A stretch of DNA of 64,000 nt from Eledone cirrhosa (Eukaryota). The stretch spans positions 141,608,001 through 141,672,000 of the forward strand of contig OZ024743.1 of assembly GCA_964016885.1 (NCBI GenBank), in the 5' to 3' direction. Of the stretch, positions 25,886 through 37,859 are shown piece after piece. The notes below the pieces were generated by a model. The model was given only the letters and a program-made list of their open reading frames with translations. It did not search any database and was not told the DNA's origin. Both the position numbers and the translations under genes were made by a program. How positions within the stretch are numbered: the first letter of the stretch is position 1; each line of letters begins with the position of its first letter.

Positions 25886-27590
25886 TGGTGCTTGATGCTT
25901 GGTGCTGGGTGTTTGGTGCTTGGTGCTTGGTGTTTGGTGCTTGGTGATTGGTGCTTGGTGTTTGGTCCTTGGTGCTTGGTGCATGGTCTTTGGTGCTTGA
26001 GTTTTGGTGTTTGGTGCTTGGTGCTTGGTGTTTGGTGCTTGGTGCTTGGTGCTTGGTGCTTGGTGTTTGGTGCTTGCTGCTTGGTGCTTAGTGTTTGGTG
26101 CTTGGTGCTTGGTGAGTAGTGTTTGGTGATTGGTGCTTGGGGTTTGGTGTTTGGGGCTTGGTGTTTGGTGCTTAGTGCTTGCTGTTTGGTGTTTGGTGTT
26201 TGGTTCTTGGTGCTTGGTGTTTGGTGTTTGGTGTTTGGTGCTTGGTGCTTGGTGCTTGGTGCTTGGTGTTTGGTGTTTGGTGTTTGGTGTTCGGTGTTTG
26301 CTGTTTGGTGTCTGCTTTTTGGTGTTTGGTGTTTGCTGTATGGTGTTTGCTGTTTCGTATTTGGTTTTTGCTGATTGGTGTTTGGTGTTTGCTGTTTGGT
26401 GTTTGGTGTTTGGTGTTTGGTGCTTGGTGCTTGGTGCTTGGTGTTTGGCGTTTGGTGCTTGGTGCTTGGTGTTTGGTGCTTCGTGCTTGGTGTTTGGTGT
26501 TTGGTGCTTGGTGCCTGGTGCTTGTTGTATGGTGTTTGGTGCTTGGTGCTTGGTGTTTGGTGTTTGCTGCTTGGTGTCTGGTGTTTGGTGCTTGGTGTTT
26601 GGTGTTTGGTGCTTGGTGCTTGGTGCTTGGTGTTTGGTGTTTGGTGCTTGGTGCTTGGTGTTTGGTGTTTGGTGCTTGGTGCTGGGTGCATGGAGTTTGG
26701 TGCTTGGTGCTTAGTGCTTGGTGTGTGGTGCTTGGTGCTTGGTGTTTTGTGTTTGGTTCTTGGTGCTTGGTGACTGGTGCTTGGTGCTTGGTGCTTGTTG
26801 TTTGGTGCTTGGTGCTTGGTGATTAGTGTTTGGTGCTTGGTGCTTGGTGTTTGGTGCTTGGTGTTTGGTGCTTGGTGCCTGGTGCTTGGTGTTTGGTGTT
26901 TGATGCTTGGTGTTTGGTGTTTGGTGTTTGGTACTTGGTGTTCGGTGCTTGGTGCTTGGTGCTTGGTGCTTGGTGTTTGGTGTTTGGTGCTTGGTGCTTG
27001 GTGTTTGATGTTTGGTCATTGGGGCTTGGTGTTTGGTGTTGTGTGCTTGGTGCTTGGTGGTTGGTGTTTGGTGCTTGGTGCTTGGTGCTTGGTGTTTGGC
27101 GTTTCCTGTTTGCTGTTTGGTGTTTGGTGTTTGCTGTTTGGTGTTTGCTGTTTGGTGTTTGGTGTTTGGTGCTTGCTGTTTGGTGCTTGGTGCTTGGTGT
27201 ATGGTGTTTGGTGCTTGGTGTTTGGTGCTTGATGCTTGGTGCTGGGTGTTTGGTGCTTGGTGCTTGGTGTTTGGTGCTTGGTGATTGGTGCTTGGTGTTT
27301 GGTCCTTGGTGCTTGGTGCATGGTCTTTGGTGCTTGAGTTTTGGTGTTTGGTGCTTGGTGCTTGGTGTTTGGTGCTTGGTGCTTGGTGCTTGGTGCTTGG
27401 TGTTTGGTGCTTGCTGCTTGGTGCTTAGTGTTTGGTGCTTGGTGCTTGGTGAGTAGTGTTTGGTGATTGGTGCTTGGGGTTTGGTGTTTGGGGCTTGGTG
27501 TTTGGTGCTTAGTGCTTGCTGTTTGGTGTTTGGTGTTTGGTTCTTGGTGCTTGGTGTTTGGTGTTTGGTGTTTGGTGCTTGGTGCTTGGT
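24912..27590. repeat. Near-perfect tandem duplication, period 1337 bp (191 x 7)
   Basis: Identical ORFs 25038/26375, 25440/26777, 25493/26830, 25374/26711 (minus). Marker TCGGTGT at 24954/26291. Rare TTGAGTT variant in both copies (~25997/~27334). Confidence 0.93.
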
Positions 27591-29011
27591 GCTTGGTGTT
27601 TGGTGCTTGGTGCTTGGTGTTTGGTGCTGCGTGCTTGGTGTTTGGTGTTCGGTGCTTGGTGCCTGGTGCTTGTTGTTTGGTGTTTGGTGCTTAGTGCTTG
27701 GTGTTTGGTGTTTGGTGCTTGGTGCTTGGTGGCTGGTGTTTGGTGCTTGGTGTTTGGAGTTTGGTGCTTGGTGCTTGGTGCCTGGTGTTTCGTGCTTGGT
27801 GCTTGGTGCTTGGTGTTTGGTGTTTGGTGCTTGGTGTTTGGTGTTTGGTACTTGGTGCTTGGTGCTTGGTGCTTGGTGTTTGGTGCTTGGTATTTGATGC
27901 TGCCTGCTTGGTGTTTGGTGTTTGGTGCTTGGTGCTTGGTATTTGGCGTTTGGAGCTCGGTGCCTGGTGCTTGTTGTTTGGTGTTTGGCGCTTGGTGCTT
28001 GGTATCTGGTGTTTGGTGCTTGATGTTTGGTGTTTGGTGCTTGGTGTTTTGTGTTTGGTGATTTGTGCTTGGTGCCTGGTGCTTGGTGCTTGGTGCTTGT
28101 TGTTTGGTGCTTGGTGCTTGGTGATTAGTGTTTGGTGCTTGGTGCTTGCGGTTTGCTGTTTGGTGCTTGGGGTTTGGTGCTTGGTGCTTGGTGCTTGGTG
28201 TTTGGTGCTTGGTGCTTGGTGTTTGGTGCTTGGTGCTTGGTGTTTGGTGTTTGGTGTTTGCTGTTTGCTGTTTGCTGTTTGGTGCTTGCTGTTTGGTGCT
28301 TGGTGCTTGGTGTTTGGTGTTTGGTGTTTTGTGCTTGGTGCTTGGTGTTTGGTGCTTGGTGCTTCGTGCTGGGTGTTTGGTGCTTGGTGCTTGGTGTTTG
28401 GTGCTTGGTGCTTGGTGCTTGGTGTTTGGTCCTTGGTGCTTGGTGCTTGGTCTTTGGTGCTTGGGTTTTGGTGTTTGGTGCTTGGTGCTTGGTGCTTGGT
28501 GCTTGGTGTTTGGTGATTGCTGCTTGGTGCTTGGTGTTTGGTGCTTGGTGCTTGGTGATTAGTGTTTGGTGATTGGTGCTTGGGGTTTGCTGTTTGGTGC
28601 TTGGTGCTTGCTGTTTGGTGTTTGGTGTTTGGTTCTTGGTGCTTGGTGTTTGGTGTTTGGTGTCTGGTGCTTGGTGCTTGGTGCTTGGTGTTTGGTGCTT
28701 GGTGCTTGGTGCTTGGTGTTTGGTGCTGCGTGCTTGGTGTTTGGTGCTTGGTGCTTGGTGATTAGTGTTTGGTGCTTTGTGTTTGGTGCTTGGTGTTTGG
28801 TGCTTGGTGCTTGGTGCTTGGTGCTTGGTGTTAGGTGTTTGGTGCTTGGTGATTGGTGTTTGATGTTAGGTTCTTGGTGCTTGGTGTTTGGTGTTTGGTG
28901 CTTGGTGCTTGGTGTTTGGTGTTTGGTGCTTGGTGCTTGGTGCTTGGTGCTTGGTGTTAGGTGTTTGGTGCTTGGTGTTTGGTGCTTGGTGCTTTGTGTT
29001 TGGTGTGGTGT

Positions 29012-32000
29012 TTGGTGCTTGGTGCTTGGTGCTTGGTGCTTGGTGTTAGGTGTTTGGTGCTTGGTGATTGGTGTTTGATGTTAGGTTCTTGGTGCTTGGT
29101 GTTTGGTGTTTGGTGCTTGGTGCTTGGTGTTTGGTGTTTGGTGCTTGGTGCTTGGTGCTTGGTGCTTGGTGTTAGGTGTTTGGTGCTTGGTGATGGGTGC
29201 TTGGTGTTTGGTCCTTGGTGCTTGGTGCATGGTCTTTGGTGCTTGGGTTTTGGTGTTTGGTGCTTGGTGCTTGGTGTTTGGTGCTTGGTGCTTGGTGCTT
29301 GGTGCTTGGTGTTTGGTGCTTGCTGCTTGGTGCTTGGTGTTTGGTGCTTGGTGCTTGGTGATTAGTGTTTGGTGATTGGTGCTTGGGGTTTGGTGTTTGG
29401 GGCTTGGTGTTTGGTGGTTAGTGCTTGCTATTTGGTGTTTGGTGTTTGGTTCTTGGTGCTTGGTGGCTGGTGTTTGGTGCTTGGTGCTTGTTGTTTGGTG
29501 TTTGGTGTTTGGTGCTTGGTGCTTGGTGGCTGGTGTTTGGTGCTTGGTGTTTGGAGTTTGGTGCTTGGTGCTTGGTGCCTGGTGTTTCGTGCTTGGTGCT
29601 TGGTGCTTGGTGTTTGGTGATTGGTGCTTGGTGTTTGGTGTTTGGTACTTGGTGCTTGGTGCTTGGTGCTTGGTGCTTGGTGCTTGGTGTTTGATGCTGC
29701 GTGCTTGGTGTTTGGTGTTTGGTGCTTGGTGCTTAGTGTTTGGTGTTTGGAGCTCGGTGCCTGGTGCTTGTTGTTTGGTGTTTGGCGCTTGGTGCTTGGT
29801 GTTTGGTGTTTGGTGCTTGGTGCTTGGTGCTTGGTATCTGGTGTTTGGTGCTTGATGTTTGGTGTTTGGTGCTTGGTGTTTGGTGTTTGGTGCTTGGTGC
29901 TTGGTGTTTGGTGCTTGGTGTTTGGTGTTTGGTGTTTGATGCTTGGTGTTTGCTGCTTGGTGCTTGGTGCTTGGTGTTTTGTGTTTGGTGATTGGTGCTT
30001 GGTGCCTGGTGCTTGGTGCTTGGTGCTTGTTGTTTGGTGCTTGGTGCTTGGTGATTAGTGTTTGGTGCTTGGTGCTTGCGGTTTGGTGTTTGGTGCTTGG
30101 GGTTTGGTGCTTGGTGCTTGGTGCTTGGTGTTTGGTGCTTGGTGCTTGGTGTTTGGTGCTTGGTGCTTGGTGTTTGGTGTTTGGCGTTTGCTGTTTGCTG
30201 TTTGGTGTTTGGTGCTTGCTGTTTGGTGCTTGGTGCTTGGTGTTTGGTGTTTGGTGTTTTGTGCTTGGTGCTTGGTGTTTGGTGCTTGGTGCTTGGTGCT
30301 GGGTGTTTGGTGCTTGGTGCTTGGTGTTTGGTGCTTGGTGCTTGGTGCTTGGTGTTTGGTCCTTGGTGCTTGGTGCTTGGTCTTTGGTGCTTGGGTTTTG
30401 GTGTTTGGTGCTTGGTGCTTGGTATTTGGTGCTTGGTTCTTGGTGCTTGGTGCTTGGTGTTTGGTGATTGCTGCTTGGTGCTTGGTGTTTGGTGCTTGGT
30501 GCTTGGTGATTAGTGTTTGGTGATTGGTGCTTGGGATTTGCTGTTTGGTGCTTGGTGTTTGGTGCTTGGTGCTTGATGTTTGGTGTTTGGTGTTTGGTTC
30601 TTGGTGCTTGGTGTTTGGTGTTTGGTGTCTGGTGCTTGGTGCTTGGTGACTGGTGTTTGGTGCTTGGTGCTTGGTGCTTGGTGTTTGGTGCTGCGTGCTT
30701 GGTGTTTGGTGCTTGGTGCTTGGTGATTATTGTTTGGTGCTTTGTGTTTGGTGCTTGGTGTTTGGTGCTTGGTGCTTGGTGCTTGGTGCTTGGTGTTAGG
30801 TGTTTGGTGCTTGGTGATTGGTGTTTGATGTTAGGTTCTTGGTGCTTGGTGTTTGGTGTTTGGTGCTTGGTGCTTGGTGTTTGGTGTTTGGTGCTTGGTG
30901 CTTGGTGCTTGGTGCTTGGTGCTTGGTGCTTGGTGTTTGGTGCTTGGTTCTTGGTGCTTGGTGCTTGGTGTTTGGTGATTTCTGCTTGGTGCTTGGTGTT
31001 TGGTGCTTGGTGCTTGGTGATTAGTATTTGGTGATTGGTGCTTGGGATTTGCTGTTTGGTGCTTGGTGTTTGGTGCTTGGTGCTTGATGTTTGGTGTTTG
31101 GTGTTTGGTTCTTGGTGCTTGGTGTTTGGTGTTTGGTGTCTGGTGCTTGGTGCTTGGTGCTTGGTGTTTGGTGCTTGGTGCTTGGTGTTTGGTGCTGCGT
31201 GCTTGGTGTTTGGTGCTTGGTGCTTGGTGATTAGTGTTTGGTGCTTTGTGTTTGGTGCTTGTTGTTTGGTGCTTGGTGCTTGGTGCTTGGTGTTAGGTGT
31301 TTGGTGCTTGGTGATTGGTGTTTGATGTTAGGTTCTTGGTGCTTGGTGTTTGGTGTTTGGTGCTTGGTGCTTGGTGTTTGGTGTTTGGTGCTTGGTGCTT
31401 GGTGCTTGGTGCTTGGTGTTAGGTGTTTGGTGCTTGGTGCTTGGTGTTTGGTGCTTGGTGCTTTGTGTTTGGTGCTTGGTGTTTGGTGCTTGGTGCTTGG
31501 TGCTTGGTGCTTGGTGTTAGGTGTTTGGTGCTTGGTGATTGGTGTTTGATGTTAGGTTCTTGGTGCTTGGTGTTTGGTGTTTGGTGCTTGGTGCTTGGTG
31601 TTTGGTGCTTGGTGCTTGGTGCTTGGTGCTTGGTGCTTGGTGTTAGGTGTTTGGTGCTTGGTGATGGGTGCTTGGTGTTTGGTCCTTGGTGCTTGGTGCA
31701 TGGTCTTTGGTGCTTGGGTTTTGGTGTTTGGTGCTTGGTGCTTGGTGTTTGGTGCTTGGTGCTTGGTGCTTGGTGCTTGGTGTTTGGTGCTTGCTGCTTG
31801 GTGCTTGGTGTTTGGTGCTTGGTGCTTGGTGATTAGTGTTTGGTGATTGGTGCTTGGGGTTTGGTGTTTGGGGCTTGGTGTTTGGTGGTTAGTGCTTGCT
31901 ATTTGGTGTTTGGTGTTTGGTTCTTGGTGCTTGGTGGCTGGTGTTTGGTGCTTGGTGCTTGTTGTTTGGTGTTTGGTGTTTGGTGCTTGGTGCTTGGTGG

Positions 32001-33953
32001 CTGGTGTTTGGTGCTTGGTGTTTGGAGTTTGGTGCTTGGTGCTTGGTGCCTGGTGTTTCGTGCTTGGTGCTTGGTGCTTGGTGTTTGGTGATTGGTGCTT
32101 GGTGTTTGGTGTTTGGTACTTGGTGCTTGGTGCTTGGTGCTTGGTGCTTGGTGCTTGGTGTTTGATGCTGCGTGCTTGGTGTTTGGTGTTTGGTGCTTGG
32201 TGCTTGGTGTTTGGTGTTTGGAGCTCGGTGCCTGGTGCTTGTTGTTTGGTGTTTGGCGCTTGGTGCTTGGTGTTTGGTGTTTGGTGCTTGGTGCTTGGTG
32301 CTTGGTATCTGGTGTTTGGTGCTTGATGTTTGGTGTTTGGTGCTTGGTGTTTGGTGTTTGGTGCTTGGTGCTTGGTGTTTGGTGCTTGGTGTTTGGTGTT
32401 TGGTGTTTGATGCTTGGTGTTTGCTGCTTGGTGCTTGGTGCTTGGTGTTTTGTGTTTGGTGATTGGTGCTTGGTGCCTGGTGCTTGGTGCTTGGTGCTTG
32501 TTGTTTGGTGCTTGGTGCTTGGTGATTAGTGTTTGGTGCTTGGTGCTTGCGGTTTGGTGTTTGGTGCTTGGGGTTTGGTGCTTGGTGCTTGGTGCTTGGT
32601 GTTTGGTGCTTGGTGCTTGGTGTTTGGTGCTTGGTGCTTGGTGTTTGGTGTTTGGCGTTTGCTGTTTGCTGTTTGGTGTTTGGTGCTTGCTGTTTGGTGC
32701 TTGGTGCTTGGTGTTTGGTGTTTGGTGTTTTGTGCTTGGTGCTTGGTGTTTGGTGCTTGGTGCTTGGTGCTGGGTGTTTGGTGCTTGGTGCTTGGTGTTT
32801 GGTGCTTGGTGCTTGGTGCTTGGTGTTTGGTCCTTGGTGCTTGGTGCTTGGTCTTTGGTGCTTGGGTTTTGGTGTTTGGTGCTTGGTGCTTGGTATTTGG
32901 TGCTTGGTTCTTGGTGCTTGGTGCTTGGTGTTTGGTGATTGCTGCTTGGTGCTTGGTGTTTGGTGCTTGGTGCTTGGTGATTAGTGTTTGGTGATTGGTG
33001 CTTGGGATTTGCTGTTTGGTGCTTGGTGTTTGGTGCTTGGTGCTTGATGTTTGGTGTTTGGTGTTTGGTTCTTGGTGCTTGGTGTTTGGTGTTTGGTGTC
33101 TGGTGCTTGGTGCTTGGTGACTGGTGTTTGGTGCTTGGTGCTTGGTGCTTGGTGTTTGGTGCTGCGTGCTTGGTGTTTGGTGCTTGGTGCTTGGTGATTA
33201 TTGTTTGGTGCTTTGTGTTTGGTGCTTGGTGTTTGGTGCTTGGTGCTTGGTGCTTGGTGCTTGGTGTTAGGTGTTTGGTGCTTGGTGATTGGTGTTTGAT
33301 GTTAGGTTCTTGGTGCTTGGTGTTTGGTGTTTGGTGCTTGGTGCTTGGTGTTTGGTGTTTGGTGCTTGGTGCTTGGTGCTTGGTGCTTGGTGCTTGGTGC
33401 TTGGTGTTTGGTGCTTGGTTCTTGGTGCTTGGTGCTTGGTGTTTGGTGATTTCTGCTTGGTGCTTGGTGTTTGGTGCTTGGTGCTTGGTGATTAGTATTT
33501 GGTGATTGGTGCTTGGGATTTGCTGTTTGGTGCTTGGTGTTTGGTGCTTGGTGCTTGATGTTTGGTGTTTGGTGTTTGGTTCTTGGTGCTTGGTGTTTGG
33601 TGTTTGGTGTCTGGTGCTTGGTGCTTGGTGCTTGGTGTTTGGTGCTTGGTGCTTGGTGTTTGGTGCTGCGTGCTTGGTGTTTGGTGCTTGGTGCTTGGTG
33701 ATTAGTGTTTGGTGCTTTGTGTTTGGTGCTTGGTGTTTGGTGCTTGGTGCTTGGTGCTTGGTGTTAGGTGTTTGGTGCTTGGTGATTGGTGTTTGATGTT
33801 AGGTTCTTGGTGCTTGGTGTTTGGTGTTTGGTGCTTGGTGCTTGGTGTTTGGTGTTTGGTGCTTGGTGCTTGGTGCTTGGTGCTTGGTGTTAGGTGTTTG
33901 GTGCTTGGTGCTTGGTGTTTGGTGCTTGGTGCTTTGTGTTTGGTGCTTGGTGT
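29012..33953. repeat. Near-perfect tandem duplication, period 2471 bp (353 x 7), followed by a diverged partial third copy to ~35.7 kb
   Basis: Identical ORFs 29369/31840, 29943/32414, 30058/32529, 30513/32984, 30818/33289. Rare variants GATTTCTGC and GATTAGTAT occur in both copies (~30977/33448, ~31019/33490). Confidence 0.93.
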
Positions 33954-36900
33954 TTGGTGCTTGGTGCTTGGTGCTTGGTGCTTGGTGTTAGGTGTTTGGT
34001 GCTTGGTGATTGGTGTTTGATGTTAGGTTCTTGGTGCTTGGTGTTTGGTGTTTGGTGCTTGGTGCTTGGTGTTTGGTGCTTGGTGCTTGGTGCTTGGTGC
34101 TTGGTGCTTGGTGTTAGGTGTTTGGTGCTTGGTGATGGGTGCTTGGTGTTTGGTCCTTGGTGCTTGGTGCATGGTCTTTGGTGCTTGGGTTTTGGTGTTT
34201 GGTGCTTGGTGCTTGGTGTTTGGTGCTTGGTGCTTGGTGCTTGGTGCTTGGTGTTTGGTGATTGCTGCTTGGTGCTTGGTGTTTGGTGCTTGGTGCTTGG
34301 TGATTAGTGTTTGGTGATTGGTGCTTGGGGTTTGGTATTTGGGGCTTGGTGTTTGGTGCTTAGTGCTTGCTGTTTGGTGTTTGGTGTTTGGTTCTTGGTG
34401 CTTGGTGTTTGGTGCTTGGTGTTTGGTGCTTGGTGCTTGGTGCTTGGTGTTTGGTGCTGCGTGCTTGGTGTTTGGTGTTTGGTGCTTGGTGCCTGGTGCT
34501 TGTTGTTTGGTGTTTGGTGCTTAGTGCTTGGTGTTTGGTGTTTGGTGCTTGGTGCTTGGTGGCTGGTGTTTGGTGCTTGGTGTTTGGAGTTTGGTGCTTG
34601 GTGCTTGGTGCCTGGTGTTTCGTGCTTGGTGCTTGGTGCTTGGTGTTTGGTGATTGGTGCTTGGTGTTTGGTGTTTGGTACTTGGTGCTTGGTGCTTGGT
34701 GCTTGGTGCTTGGTGCTTGGTGTTTGATGCTGCGTGCTTGGTGTTTGGTGTTTGGTGCTTGGTGCTTGGTGTTTGGTGTTTGGAGCTCGGTGCCTGGTGC
34801 TTCTTGTTTGGTGTTTGGCGCTTGGTGCTTGGTGTTTGGTGTTTGGTGCTTGGTGCTTGGTGCTTGGTATCTGGTGTTTGGTGCTTGATGTTTGGTGTTT
34901 GGTGCTTGGTGTTTGGTGTTTGGTGCTTGGTGCTTGGTGTTTGGTGCTTGGTGTTTGGTGTTTGGTGTTTGATGCTTGGTGTTTGCTGCTTGGTGCTTGG
35001 TGCTTGGTGTTTTGTGTTTGGTGATTGGTGATTGGTGCCTGGTGCTTGGTGCTTGGTGCTTGTTGTTTGGTGCTTGGTGCTTGGTGATTAGTGTTTGGTG
35101 CTTGGTGCTTGCGGTTTGGTGTTTGGTGCTTGGTGTTTGGTGATTGGTGCTTGGTGCTTGGTGTTTGGTGCTTGGTGCTTGGTGTTTGGTGCTTGGTGCT
35201 TGGTGTTTGGTGTTTGGCGTTTGCTGTTTGCTGTTTGGTGTTTGGTGCTTGCTGTTTGGTGCTTGGTGCTTGGTGTTTGGTGTTTGGTGTTTTGTGCTTG
35301 GTGCTTGGTGTTTGGTGCTTGGTGCTTGGTGCTGGGTGTTTGGTGCTTGGTGCTTGGTGTTTGGTGCTTGTTGCTTGGTGCTTGGTGTTTGGTCCTTGGT
35401 GCTTGGTGCTTGGTCTTTGGTGCTTGGGTTTTGGTGTTTGGTGCTTGGTGCTTGGTGTTTGGTGCTTGGTTCTTGGTGCTTGGTGCTTGGTGTTTGGTGA
35501 TTGCTGCTTGGTGCTTGGTGTTTGGTGCTTAGTGCTTGGTGATTAGTGTTTGGTGATTGGTGCTTGGGATTTGCTGTTTGGGGCTTGGTGTTTGGTGCTT
35601 GGTGCTTGATGTTTGGTGTTTGGTGTTTGGTTCTTGGTGCTTGGTGTTTGGTGTTTGGTGTCTGGTGCTTGGTGCTTGGTGCTTGGTGTTTGGTGATTGG
35701 TGCTTGGTGCTTGGTGTCTGGTGCTGCGTGCTTGGTGTTTGGTGCTTGGTGCTTGGTGATTAGTGTTTGGTGCTTGGTGCTTGGGGTTTGGTGTTTGGTG
35801 CTTGGGGTTTGGTGTTTGGTGCTTGGTGCTTGGTGTTTGGTGCTTGGTGCTTGGTGTTTGGTGCTTGGTGCTTTGTGTTTGGTGCTTGGTGTTTGGTGCT
35901 TGGTGCTTGGTGCTTGGTGTTAGGTGTTTGGTGCTTGGTGATTGGTGTTTGATGTTAGGTTCTTGGTGCTTGGTGTTTGGTGTTTGGTGCTTGGTGCTTG
36001 GTGTTTGGTGTTTGGTGCTTGCTGCTTGGTGCTTGGTGTTTTGTGTTTGGAGTTTGGTGCTTGGCGTTTGGTGCTTCGGTCTTGGTGTTTTGTGTATGGT
36101 GCTTGGTGCTTGGTGTTTGGTGTTTGGTGCCTGGTGCTTGGTGTTCGGTGCTTGGTGTTTGGTGTTTGGTGATTGGTGCTTGGTGTTTGGTGCTTGGTGC
36201 TTGGTGCTTGGTGCTTGGTGCTTGGTGTTAGGCGTTTGGTGCTTGGTGCTTGGTGTTTGATGTTTGGTCCATGGTGCTTGGTGTTTGGTATTTTGAGCTT
36301 GGTGCTTGGTGTTTGGTGTTTGGTGCTTGGTGCTTGGTGTTTGGTGTTTGGTGCTTGCTGCTTGCTGCTTGGTGTTTTGTGCTAGGGGCTTGGTGCTTGG
36401 TGTTTCGTGTTTGGTGCTTGGTGCTTGGTGTTTGGTGTTTGGTGCTTGGTGCGTGGGACTTGGTGTTTGGTGCTTGGTGTTTGGTGCTTGGTGTTTGGTG
36501 CTTGGTGCCTGGTGCTTGGTGATTGGTGTTTGGTGCTTGGTGTTTGGTGCTTGGTGTTTGGTGCTTGGTGTTCGGTGCTTGGTGCTTGGTGTTTGGTGTT
36601 TGCTGTTTGCTGTTTGGTGTTTGGTGTTTGCTGTTTGGTGTTTGCTCTGTGGTGTTTGGTGTTTGGTGCTTGCTGTTTGGTGCTTGGTGCTTGGTGTTTG
36701 GTGTTTGGTGCTTGGTGTTTGGTGCTTGGTGCTTGGTGCTGGGTGTTTGGTGCTTGGTGCTTGGTGTTTGGTGCTTGGTGCTTGGTGCTTGGTGTTTGGT
36801 CCTTGGTGCTTGGTGCTTGGTCTTTGGTGCTTGGGTTTTGGTGTTTGGTGCTTGGTGCTTGGTGTTTGGTGCTTGGTGCTTGGTGCTTGGTGTTTGGTGC

Positions 36901-37859
36901 TTGCTGCTTGGCGCTTGGTGTTTGGTGCTTGGTGCTTGGTGATTAGTGTTTGGTGATTGGTGCTTGGGGTTTGGTGTTTGGGGGCTTGGTGTTTGGTGCG
37001 TGGTGCTTGCTGTTTGGTGTTTGGTGCTGGGTGTTTGGTGCTTGGTGCTTGGTGCTTGGTGCTTGGTGTTTGGTGCCTGGTGCTTGGTGCTTGGTGCTTG
37101 CTGTTTGGTGTTTGGTGTTTGGTTCTTGGTGCTTGGTGTTTGGTGTTTGGAGCTTGGTGCCTGGTGCTTGGTGTTTGGTGCTTGGTGCTTGGTGATTAGT
37201 GTTTGGTGATTGGTGCTTGGGGTTTGGTGTTTGGTGCTTGGTGTTTGGTGCTTGGTGCTTGCTGTTTGGTGTTTGGTGTTTGGTTCTTGGTGCTTGGTGT
37301 TTGGTGTTTGGTGCTTGGTGCTTGGTGTTTGGTGTTTGGTGCTTGGTGCTTGGTGTTTGGTGCTTGGTGCTTGGTGCTTGGTGCTTGGTGTTTGGTATTT
37401 GGTGTTTGCTGTTTGGTGTTTGGTGCTTGGTGCTTGGTGCTTGGAGCTTGGTGTTTGGTGTTTAGTGCTTGGTGCTTGGTATTTGGTGTTTGGTGCTTGG
37501 TGCTTGGTGTCTGGTGTTTGGTGCTTGGTGCTTGGTGTTTGGTGATTGGTGTTTGGAGACTGGTGTTTGGTGCTTGGTGCTTGGTGCTTGGTGCCTGGGG
37601 CTTGTTGTTTGGTGTTTGGTGCTTGGTGCTTGGTGCTTGGTGTTTGATGTTTGGTCCGTGGTGCTTGTTGTTTGGTGTTTGGTGCTTGGTGCTTGCTGCC
37701 TGGTGTTTGGTGCTTGGTGATTGGTGCTTGGTGTTTTATGCTTGGTGCTTGGTGTTTGGTGCTAGGGGCTTGGTGCTTGATGCTTGGTGTTTGGTGCTTG
37801 GTGCTTGCTGTTTGGTGCTTGGTGCTTGGTGCTTGGTGTTTGGTGTATGGTGTTTGGTG

